Assembly: GCF_037902255.1 (NCBI RefSeq)
Contig: NZ_CP147990.1
Span: 3,840,001 to 3,872,000, forward strand
Direction of reading: 5' to 3'
Source of the DNA: Candidatus Electrothrix sp. GW3-4
GTDB lineage: Bacteria > Desulfobacterota > Desulfobulbia > Desulfobulbales > Desulfobulbaceae
DNA length: 32,000 nt
Shown here: in pieces, positions 16,088 through 23,688 of the stretch
Layout of the letters: every line of letters starts with the position of its first letter
Position numbering within the stretch: position 1 is the first letter of the stretch
Program-made: the position numbers and the translations under genes
Notes under the pieces: model-generated
Told to the model about the DNA's origin: nothing
Databases searched by the model: none
Seen by the model: the letters and a program-made list of their open reading frames with translations, nothing else

Positions 16088-17266
16088 TTACAAAAACAGA
16101 AGATAAATAGGAACAAGAGATATACTCGTTAAATGCTGCTTCAACACAGCCATTGCAGCACGATCCTTTCCTTGTGCGGGCGTTCCTAAATCCGTCGGCT
16201 CAAGTGTGAACTGATACTCCCCCCACCACGGGCCGCCTGCCCACCACGTCCAGCCAAGCCAGACATCGGAGTTTTCCTCCATGTAGTCGAGCATATTGTC
16301 TATGACCTCATCACCCACATCGTCTGCGGCATCGCCAATTCTGGAATTTGCAACAGCAAACTCACCAAGAAAACCCTTCAGGCCATGCGTTTTCAACCAG
16401 TCAGTAAAATTGGTCAAACGCGTCACACCGATCGTAAGATCGTTATTCGTAATATCGGATGAACCTCCAGAGTAATCATCATCCATATACTGATGCACTT
16501 CAAAGGCAAAATTATTTCCTGAGTCGACAATATTAAGCATATGCTCAGCATTGGCACCATTATACCAGGTTTCATTCCAAGCCCATGCGCCGGACCATTG
16601 ATTGCCTGATACGAGAATCAAATTGCTCGCTCCGGCTGCACGAATAGCGACAATGGCAGCATTCTCAGAAGTAACCAAGTCTGCTGTTTCCATCGTATTC
16701 GGCTCATTCATGAGGCCGAAGATAACCCGAGCATTCCCCTTATAATGGGCAGCAAGTTTACCCCAAAGGTCGGCAAATGCAGTATCCGGGACATCTGACC
16801 CAATTAATCCTTGCGTGGAGCTCTGATGATTATTGGAATCAGGAGAATACCTATGAAAATTATGCGGATCAATAATCACATAGGCTCCTTTTCCTGTGGC
16901 ATAATTGACAAAGGTATCCATACGATTCAATTCATCAGTATCGAAAGCAGCAAACAGAGCCTGTTGGAGCCGTTCCCAGCGAAAGGGCAGACGAAAGGTG
17001 TTCATGCCTTTGCTCATATAATAATCAACCTCCGCAGAGGTTGGGTAGAGGTAGTCGGTTCCGTAAATTCCAGGAAGGTTGACATTGCCATCCCAGACCC
17101 CGAACTCAGCACCGGCTAAATTCACCCCCATGTACTTGAGTCTGGCATGAAGAACTGATGAAGACGACAACAAAAATATGACAGCAATCAAGGACAAGAA
17201 CGATATATCATAACGGCCAGTTGCTTCCACTGATCTCCTCCTTCGCGTATTACATCGTATATCCAT
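16088..17266 (-). CDS. glycoside hydrolase family 5 (endo-beta-1,4-glucanase-like), secreted, 392 aa
   Basis: GVNLAGAEFG, FRLPFRWERLQ, IIDPHNFHRY, GLMNEPN (acid/base Glu), HQYMDDDYSG and GFLGEFAV (nucleophile Glu) occur in canonical GH5 order. The start is moved to the ATG at 17266, giving signal peptide ...ISFLSLIAVIFLLSSSSVLHA. The 77-codon extension in the ORF track overlaps murD. Confidence 0.85.
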   Translation of the reverse strand: MDIRCNTRRRRSVEATGRYDISFLSLIAVIFLLSSSSVLHARLKYMGVNLAGAEFGVWDGNVNLPGIYGTDYLYPTSAEVDYYMSKGMNTFRLPFRWERLQQALFAAFDTDELNRMDTFVNYATGKGAYVIIDPHNFHRYSPDSNNHQSSTQGLIGSDVPDTAFADLWGKLAAHYKGNARVIFGLMNEPNTMETADLVTSENAAIVAIRAAGASNLILVSGNQWSGAWAWNETWYNGANAEHMLNIVDSGNNFAFEVHQYMDDDYSGGSSDITNNDLTIGVTRLTNFTDWLKTHGLKGFLGEFAVANSRIGDAADDVGDEVIDNMLDYMEENSDVWLGWTWWAGGPWWGEYQFTLEPTDLGTPAQGKDRAAMAVLKQHLTSISLVPIYLLFL

Positions 17267-17282
17267 TATACCGCTTGCTGGC

Positions 17283-18665
17283 TCAAGCAAGCAACTGCAC
17301 ACACCGCCCAAACTCCTCCCCCCGCTGCTCATAACTCCTGAACATATCAAAACTGGCGCAGGCCGGGGCCAACAGCGCGGTATTACCTGGAGATGCGGCG
17401 GCAAAGGCCATTGCAACCGCCTCTTCCATATCAGAGGCGAACTGATACCCGACACCAGCTTGCTCGGCAACCGCAGCCAGATCCGAAGCAGATTCACCGA
17501 TCAACACAACATGCTTGACATACTGCCGGAATGCCGGAACCAAGGCTGCAAAATCGCCCCCCTTATTCCTCCCACCAGCAATCAGGACAACCTCCTTGTC
17601 AGCACCCATCCCAAAGCCTGCCAAGGCCGCAACCACGGCCCCCACATTGGTGGCCTTAGAATCGTTGACAAAGCGAACTCCGCTTATCTCACCCACTGGA
17701 GTCATACGATGCTGGGGCGGTTGAAAATCGGTCAGTCCGGCCTTAATATCCTGCTCGTTGCAGCCAAAGGCCCGGACTGCAAGGATAGCCGCAGCGGCAT
17801 TGTACAGATTCACCCTGGAATGCAGCCGGGTCCCTGCAAGCTCGTACAGCTCGCCCGTACCTTCCGGGCCGAAGTCGGGTTCCAAGCGCACAGCCTCTCC
17901 TTCCACCCTGGCACGACAACCGGGCTGGGTACCGAAGCTATACAGTTTTTCGCCAGCAGTGGGCGGTGCAGCCGCAAGCAGAACATCATCCGTCCCGATA
18001 ATCGCGGTATCCCCCCTGCCCTGCCAAACAAACAGCTGCATTTTGGCTGCGGCATATTCCTCAAAACTGCCGTGCCGGTCGATATGATCCGGGGAGAGGT
18101 TGAGGAGCAGGCCGATATCGGGACGAAAATCCCCAGCAGCTTCCAGCTGAAAACTGGACAACTCCAGCACCACGACCTCAGTATTGCCCGGATTCAAAAG
18201 ATATTCCAGAATCGGGGTGCCGATATTGCCACCCACAAAGACCTTCTTGCCGCAACTCCGCAGGAGATGACCGATCAGGCTGGTCACGGTGGTTTTGCCG
18301 TTGGAGCCGGTTACAGCAATCACCGGGACCTGAATACGTCCGGCAGCCAAGGCCAGCTCCCCGCCCACCGGCACACCTCGCGTTCGGGCTGCTGTCAACA
18401 CCGGTAAATCCGCAGGCACACCAGGACTGGGCACGATCAGATCTGCATCGGCAAAAAAAGCAGCCGTATGGCCGCCTGTCTCCAGCCCTACATCGAGATC
18501 TATGCCGTATTGCTCCAGCACAGCCAGCTCTTCCTTTGGGATCTGTTCCCGGAACTCAGAAACCGCGACATCCAATCCCTGTTGGTGCAGATACCGCACT
18601 GCTGCCAGCCCGGATTTTCCCAGGCCAACAACCACAGCCTTCATGCCTGCCTTTAATTCAATCAT
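17283..18665 (-). CDS. murD: UDP-N-acetylmuramoylalanine--D-glutamate ligase
   Basis: VVVGLGKSGLAAVRYL, IAVTGSNGKTTVTSLIGHLL and DSKATN are MurD motifs; 460 aa. Confidence 0.95.
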   Translation of the reverse strand: MIELKAGMKAVVVGLGKSGLAAVRYLHQQGLDVAVSEFREQIPKEELAVLEQYGIDLDVGLETGGHTAAFFADADLIVPSPGVPADLPVLTAARTRGVPVGGELALAAGRIQVPVIAVTGSNGKTTVTSLIGHLLRSCGKKVFVGGNIGTPILEYLLNPGNTEVVVLELSSFQLEAAGDFRPDIGLLLNLSPDHIDRHGSFEEYAAAKMQLFVWQGRGDTAIIGTDDVLLAAAPPTAGEKLYSFGTQPGCRARVEGEAVRLEPDFGPEGTGELYELAGTRLHSRVNLYNAAAAILAVRAFGCNEQDIKAGLTDFQPPQHRMTPVGEISGVRFVNDSKATNVGAVVAALAGFGMGADKEVVLIAGGRNKGGDFAALVPAFRQYVKHVVLIGESASDLAAVAEQAGVGYQFASDMEEAVAMAFAAASPGNTALLAPACASFDMFRSYEQRGEEFGRCVQLLA

Positions 18666-18696
18666 AATTGAGCAACCAAAATAATATTCTCTGGAT

Positions 18697-20553
18697 TCAC
18701 GAGAAAACCTGCTTTTTCTCCAAACTTAATGTCTGCGTTGGCACTAAACCTTGCTGCGGCTGCTGAATAATGCTGATCAGCACGTCCCCGGCCACGGGAT
18801 CTGCCGGACTATCAACAGTGCAGACCTCAATGGAACGATTCGGTTTGAGAACAAACAACACAATTGCGGTTTCACCGTACTCGGCCCTGAAGGCCTGATA
18901 ATCAAACTCCTTGCTCAACTCAGTCAGTTTGATTTTCGGATCACTGCCCAAGACATCGTTGAGCCGAAAATAATCCAGTCCCTTGCCAAAAAGCAGACGG
19001 CCATGCTGCTCCTGCGGAATCGCTTCATGGCGGCTATCCTGCTTCACAGGAGGGAAGGACAACTGGTAGACTTCTTGCCGACCAAAATCTTCCAGAAAAT
19101 GCGAGCAGGTCAAGGCATTGACCGCATCATTGGCTGTCATCGCGAGCATACGGCCCAAGCCGCCGTAATCAATTTCCTCGCGCGTTTTTTTCGCCAAAGC
19201 ACTTCCATAGAGAGCAGGCATACCCGCCATCCGGGAAAGGGTAACATTCTCCCGATCCGTGTCGATCAGCACAACAGAAAAACCTTCATTCATGATCGCC
19301 TGGGCCATGGCCCTTGCCCCTTTATGGGCACCGACAAAAAGAATCCCCTGGGGATTGGCCCGGGACAGACCAAACTTCCGTGACAGCGGAACAGCAGAAA
19401 GGCCATAAATCAACACGGTGGCAAAAACCATCAGGAAGGTGACAGGAACAAGTTCAAGTGCCTGTGGATATCCTTTGGCAGCAAGCTCCAGGGCAAACAC
19501 GGAAGCAACAGCTGCAGCCACGATACCGCGTGGTGCCATCCAGGCCATAAACAGCCGTTCCCGGCAAGGCAATGATGAACCAATTGTGCCCGCCAAAATA
19601 GAGATCGGGCGCACCAGCAAAATCATGAACGCGACAAAGAGAAAGCTGTCCCAACCGAGGCCTCTAATATCTTCCGGCTGAAGACGGGCCGCCAAGATCA
19701 CAAAAAGGCAGGAAATCAGCAGAGTGGTCAAGGTCTCCTTGAATTCAATCACGTGGCGGATGGAAACCCATTGTTGGTTAGCAAGCGTGATCCCCATAAC
19801 CGTCACCGCCAGCAAGCCAGCCTCATCCTGCACCACATTGGCTGCTGCAAAGGAGGCAAACATCAGCATCAGCGATACAGGATTATGCAAGGCATCAGGC
19901 AGCCAAAATTTTCGCAGCACCACGATCAACACCGCAGCGGCAATAAAGCCGAATAACACCCCAACGGCAAAGGTCACGCCGAAATCAATGAGCGCCTCTG
20001 TAAGACCATCACGAAGATCGCTGTGACGCACCACCGTGAAGACCAAGACTGCCAGGGTTGCGCCCAAGGGATCGACAACAATACCTTCCCATTTCAGCAG
20101 CGAACTGACTCGACCGCGCAACCGAAGATGCCGCAACATCGGACCAATAACCGTCGGCCCGGTCACGACAAGAATTGCTGCCAACAAGGCAGAGACCGGC
20201 CAGGGAAAACCAATAATATAGTGAGCGCCAGCCGTGCCGAGTACTAAGGAAAACAGCACGGCAAGGGTCAATATCTGGAATAATACGCCCTGGATTTTTT
20301 GTTTACGCAGTTCCCGAAAACGCAGATTCATACCGCCTTCGTAGAGAATCACCGCAACAGCAAGCGAGACCATAGGGAACAGCAGGTCGCCGAAGAGTTG
20401 GTCAGGATGTAACAGGCCAAGACCAGGCCCGACAACCAGGCCAGCGATCAGCAGGAACAGGATAGAGGGCAGGTGCAGCCTCCATGCTGTCCATTGCGCA
20501 ATAATGCCCAGAATAAAAATTCCGGTAAGTTGCAGTAAGATATCGTGCGACAA
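18697..20553 (-). CDS. CPA1-family cation/proton antiporter with C-terminal TrkA/RCK-like domains (618 aa)
   Basis: The N-terminal region of about 400 aa is multi-TM with NhaP-like segments (LPSILFLLIAGLVVGP, ILYEGGMNL, VVTGPTVIGP). The C-terminal soluble part is a Rossmann-like ILFVGAHKGARAMAQAIMNEGFSVVLID plus a TrkA-C-like tail. Confidence 0.8.
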   Translation of the reverse strand: MSHDILLQLTGIFILGIIAQWTAWRLHLPSILFLLIAGLVVGPGLGLLHPDQLFGDLLFPMVSLAVAVILYEGGMNLRFRELRKQKIQGVLFQILTLAVLFSLVLGTAGAHYIIGFPWPVSALLAAILVVTGPTVIGPMLRHLRLRGRVSSLLKWEGIVVDPLGATLAVLVFTVVRHSDLRDGLTEALIDFGVTFAVGVLFGFIAAAVLIVVLRKFWLPDALHNPVSLMLMFASFAAANVVQDEAGLLAVTVMGITLANQQWVSIRHVIEFKETLTTLLISCLFVILAARLQPEDIRGLGWDSFLFVAFMILLVRPISILAGTIGSSLPCRERLFMAWMAPRGIVAAAVASVFALELAAKGYPQALELVPVTFLMVFATVLIYGLSAVPLSRKFGLSRANPQGILFVGAHKGARAMAQAIMNEGFSVVLIDTDRENVTLSRMAGMPALYGSALAKKTREEIDYGGLGRMLAMTANDAVNALTCSHFLEDFGRQEVYQLSFPPVKQDSRHEAIPQEQHGRLLFGKGLDYFRLNDVLGSDPKIKLTELSKEFDYQAFRAEYGETAIVLFVLKPNRSIEVCTVDSPADPVAGDVLISIIQQPQQGLVPTQTLSLEKKQVFS

Positions 20554-20642
20554 GGTAGACCTCAGATGACCAAATTATTCCTACAGGGTATCCACTGGAG
20601 CATCAGCAAAAAAGGAATGTAGGCCGCCTGGCTCTAGCTTCT

Positions 20643-21458
20643 TCACCCCAGGGCCACATCAAGAATCATCATGACCGTAAAGCCAAGCATTGTCATCATA
20701 GTGACCAGATCGATATTCTCATCTACCCGCTGCGATTCAGGGATGAGCTCCTCAACAACAACAAAGATCATTGAGCCTGCGGCAAAGCAGAGGGCATAGG
20801 GCAAGATATGCTGCATCTTAAGGACAAAGTAGGCCCCGATAACGCCAGCAATAGGTTCCACTATCCCTGAGGCCTGTCCCAGCATAAAACTTTTGCCACG
20901 ACTCATACCCTCACGCCGTAGGGGCATGGAAACTGCGGTTCCTTCTGGAATATTTTGAATCCCTATACCAAGGGCCAGGGCCAGTGCCCCACCAATGGTC
21001 GCGGAGGGCAAATCCGCTGCAACAGCACCAAAGGCAACACCAACAGCAAGGCCTTCAGGGAAGTTATGAAAGGTTATGGCCAGCACCAAGAGGGTACTCC
21101 GTTGCCACGACGTTTTGACCCCTTCCCTTTTATCCATGCTGAGACCGGGATGGAGATGGGGAAGAAACTTATCAATCACGCGCATAAAAATGCCGCCGCC
21201 CAAAAAGCCGATGGTGGCGGTTAACCAGGAAATCTGCCCCATCTGCTCTGCCATATCAATTCCAGGTGCAAGCAGAGACCAAAAACTCGCAGCAATCATA
21301 ACTCCAGCGGCAAAACCAAGCAGAGAATCCAACAATTTATGATTCACTTTCTTGGTGAAAAAAACAAGGGCTGCACCGAGGGCCGTCATTGCCCAGGTAA
21401 AAAGCGTTGCAAGCAACGCCTGGGTTACAGGGCTATATTGCTGAAGAAATTCAATCAT
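20643..21458 (-). CDS. ZIP-family divalent metal transporter (ZupT/GufA-like)
   Basis: [47 protein letters not shown] and [17 protein letters not shown] align with E. coli ZupT motifs. Confidence 0.85.
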   Translation of the reverse strand: MIEFLQQYSPVTQALLATLFTWAMTALGAALVFFTKKVNHKLLDSLLGFAAGVMIAASFWSLLAPGIDMAEQMGQISWLTATIGFLGGGIFMRVIDKFLPHLHPGLSMDKREGVKTSWQRSTLLVLAITFHNFPEGLAVGVAFGAVAADLPSATIGGALALALGIGIQNIPEGTAVSMPLRREGMSRGKSFMLGQASGIVEPIAGVIGAYFVLKMQHILPYALCFAAGSMIFVVVEELIPESQRVDENIDLVTMMTMLGFTVMMILDVALG

Positions 21459-21520
21459 GACCGTCTTATCCTTTCATACGATTTGATGCAAGTAGGTGGT
21501 GAAAGATATTCAGCCAAGGA

Positions 21521-22147
21521 CTATTCACCAGCAGCAGGTCCTTCGGGCTCTGCTTCATCAATCTCCTCTGGCGTCTCAGTAGCTTCTTCCTCCTCTACAG
21601 CCTCTTGCTCCGCACTCACGTCTTCATTCCCAACAGACTCCTCCTGATCTACAGCCTCTTGTTCCGCAGTAGTTTCTTCATTCACAGCAGGAGCATTCTC
21701 ATCTATAATCCCTTGATCCGCACCAACGTTTTCATTTCCAGCAGGATCGTTCTGATCTATGGACTCTTGTGTCGCACTAACTTCTTGATGCGTTACTGGC
21801 TTGTTCTGCTCTGGGTCTCTTTCTTTAGCTCTTTTCATTTTGCGATACAGGCTAAACCGACCATAAGCAAAGTCATAGAGCTCTGATTTATCCTCAAGAG
21901 AGTTAAATCCTTTTTCAGCGATCTCCCCACTTTTCTTCCACTCACCCTGAGCATAGTAAAAATCACTCGCAATAAGATATCTATGAAAGTAGGCATCAAC
22001 GGATGCATAACAAATAGCTATAAGCGCTACAGCCAGGAATACCTTCTTATTTTTGCTCCCCTTAGGAGCTTTTATAAAAAGACAGAAAAAGAGTGGGACA
22101 AAAAGAAAAAATTGTAACAGGAAGACAATCAAATGAATTATGGACAT
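21521..22147 (-). CDS. membrane protein with acidic tandem-repeat C-terminal tail (208 aa)
   Basis: Two N-terminal hydrophobic segments, then a C-terminal tail of four 18-aa acidic repeats. No family recognised. Confidence 0.55.
   Translation of the reverse strand: MSIIHLIVFLLQFFLFVPLFFCLFIKAPKGSKNKKVFLAVALIAICYASVDAYFHRYLIASDFYYAQGEWKKSGEIAEKGFNSLEDKSELYDFAYGRFSLYRKMKRAKERDPEQNKPVTHQEVSATQESIDQNDPAGNENVGADQGIIDENAPAVNEETTAEQEAVDQEESVGNEDVSAEQEAVEEEEATETPEEIDEAEPEGPAAGE
21560..21775 (-). repeat. 4 x 54-bp in-frame tandem repeat inside the 208-aa CDS
   Basis: The DNA units 21560-21613, 21614-21667, 21668-21721 and 21722-21775 each end in ...c(t/c)cttg(n)(n)(n)cgc. They encode ATQESIDQNDPAGNENVG / ADQGIIDENAPAVNEETT / AEQEAVDQEESVGNEDVS / AEQEAVEEEEATETPEEI. 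Confidence 0.7.
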
Positions 22148-22256
22148 TTCTTCTTACCTTGAAATATTAAAATGTTATCTAACCAGGCCACTTACAGCAT
22201 TATCCATCAACACCTCGAAATTATTCACATCCAGTTCAGCTGATGATTACATCCAT

Positions 22257-22598
22257 TCACGCCTTCTTGACAAACTCTGACTTGAGCTTCATCGCGCCGA
22301 TCCCTTTAATTTTGCAATCAATATTATGATCGCCGTCGACCAGACGAATATTCTTGACCTTGGTCCCAACCTTCACAACAGAGGATGAGCCTTTCACTTT
22401 GAGGTCTTTTATCACCACAATGGCATCACCATCGCTCAGAGGGGTGCCATTGGCATCTTTTACAGCTGCTTCGTTTTCTTCTCCGCTTTGGTCGGAGTTG
22501 AGCACCCATTCGTGAGCGCATTCCGGGCATACCAACATTACGCCATCTTCATAGGTATATTCGGAGTTGCACTTTGGGCAAGGAGGGAGTTGACTCAT
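22257..22598 (-). CDS. yjdM: zinc-ribbon protein YjdM/PhnA family
   Basis: [25 protein letters not shown] zinc ribbon, plus the C-terminal [43 protein letters not shown] typical of YjdM/PhnA; 113 aa. Confidence 0.9.
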   Translation of the reverse strand: MSQLPPCPKCNSEYTYEDGVMLVCPECAHEWVLNSDQSGEENEAAVKDANGTPLSDGDAIVVIKDLKVKGSSSVVKVGTKVKNIRLVDGDHNIDCKIKGIGAMKLKSEFVKKA

Positions 22599-22694
22599 AG
22601 GTATATCTCTTTTTATTGTTTAGCAGTATTGCTAAATGGAACTTTTCTATATCGTTAACGTTGACAAATTGCTGTGGAAAAGATTTCGTTTTAC

Positions 22695-23075
22695 TCAAGA
22701 AGCTCCGCAGTCCTTCAGTAGCTTGCAAATATCAGAAATGATTCTCTCGCGTCTTTTGCTTGATAATGATTTTGTTGAGTATTTATCTTCATCACTTACC
22801 AAGTCACAAGAGTTATACAATTCGACAATCTTCTTCTTGCTCCACCTTTTACGTGTAAATCCAGGTGAAATAAAATTACGCTTTGGTGAGTACCAAAATT
22901 CTTCAGCTGAGAAATCAATGGCCTTAACGATTTCAGAATCTTCTTCTGGTACCGATGTCATACAGCATTTTGCTAATTCTTCGATGTTGAACGCGGCCCT
23001 GAGCTGATCCTTTGAAATCACAATCACAGGGTATACAGGCTCTCTAACACAGATAACAAATTTCTTTTCTTCCAT
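22695..23075 (-). CDS. hypothetical protein (126 aa), AT-rich orphan
   Basis: ORF track. More protein-like than the overlapping plus-strand ORF 22636-23007, and co-directional with its neighbours. No convincing SD and no family recognised. Confidence 0.4.
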   Translation of the reverse strand: MEEKKFVICVREPVYPVIVISKDQLRAAFNIEELAKCCMTSVPEEDSEIVKAIDFSAEEFWYSPKRNFISPGFTRKRWSKKKIVELYNSCDLVSDEDKYSTKSLSSKRRERIISDICKLLKDCGAS

Positions 23076-23269
23076 TTTTTCTGACTGTTACGGATTTAGG
23101 GGAGGGGGGCTCTGATTCGCGGCCCGGCGTTCGGGAAACGCAGCTCAACCCTTCTTTTTCTGATGTTTATTCTTTCTCGTAGTTAATTTGCCGTCTACAT
23201 GGACTGCTCTACAGACATCAACTTGATATTCTAGATTTTTATCACATAAATTCATTTTTCAATCATCAC

Positions 23270-23500
23270 GATTAAAATTGAAATCAGCATATTTTACGCT
23301 TCAATCGGCCTGATGTACATTTAAATCACTCTGATTCACATTTAAATCGCCTTGATTGAAGTGTAACTTGGCTTGATGCAAGTTTAAAATGGATCAATTC
23401 AAATTGGAATCGTCTTAATTCCAATCGAAATCGGGGTGATTCAAATTGACATCGGGTCAATTCCAATTGACTTTGGAACGATGCAAACGGCAAATCCTTG
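23270..23500. repeat. 11 x 21-bp perfectly phased degenerate tandem array, consensus about GATTCAAATTnAAATCGnnnT
   Basis: Hand-parsed units, each exactly 21 bp: gattaaaattgaaatcagcat / attttacgcttcaatcggcct / gatgtacatttaaatcactct / gattcacatttaaatcgcctt / gattgaagtgtaacttggctt / gatgcaagtttaaaatggatc / aattcaaattggaatcgtctt / aattccaatcgaaatcggggt / gattcaaattgacatcgggtc / aattccaattgactttggaac / gatgcaaacggcaaatccttg. Stop codons occur in all the frames I checked, and no ORF of 60 aa or more is present. Confidence 0.85.
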
Positions 23501-23523
23501 CCGTCAAGGAGGCAACCATCCGG

Positions 23524-23688
23524 TCACTCCAACTTTTGGAGATTTTCCCGCTGGACATATCGTATACCAATATCGCCATCATCGTCCGCTTCAATCTTTA
23601 CCCTTTTTTCTGTGAATCCTAAAACCTTCCCCGATACAGGATACACATAATCACCACCGGGTATGCGCTTGGTTCTAACTTCGGCCAA
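23524..23688 (-). CDS. possible small ORF (54 aa, TTG start)
   Basis: The minus-strand frame continuing after the TAG of the transposase-like ORF reads LAEVRTKRIPGGDYVYPVSGKVLGFTEKRVKIEADDDGDIGIRYVQRENLQKLE*. It looks protein-like, but it has a non-ATG start and no SD, is below the ORF-track cut-off, and overlaps the left inverted repeat. Confidence 0.2.
   Translation of the reverse strand: MAEVRTKRIPGGDYVYPVSGKVLGFTEKRVKIEADDDGDIGIRYVQRENLQKLE

Noticed and set aside
17267-17497. 77-codon N-terminal extension of the GH5 ORF
   Set aside because: It overlaps the 3' end of murD by 215 nt in another frame. The internal ATG at 17266 yields a normal signal peptide immediately before the GH5 domain.
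22636-23007. 123-aa plus-strand ORF
   Set aside because: It overlaps the 126-aa minus-strand ORF. Its translation is L/S/F-rich with low complexity, and it runs against the orientation of all its neighbours. Neither ORF is strongly supported.
23270-23500. CRISPR array interpretation of the 21-bp repeats
   Set aside because: The units are contiguous with no spacers, are degenerate rather than identical, are shorter than CRISPR repeats, and no cas genes are present.
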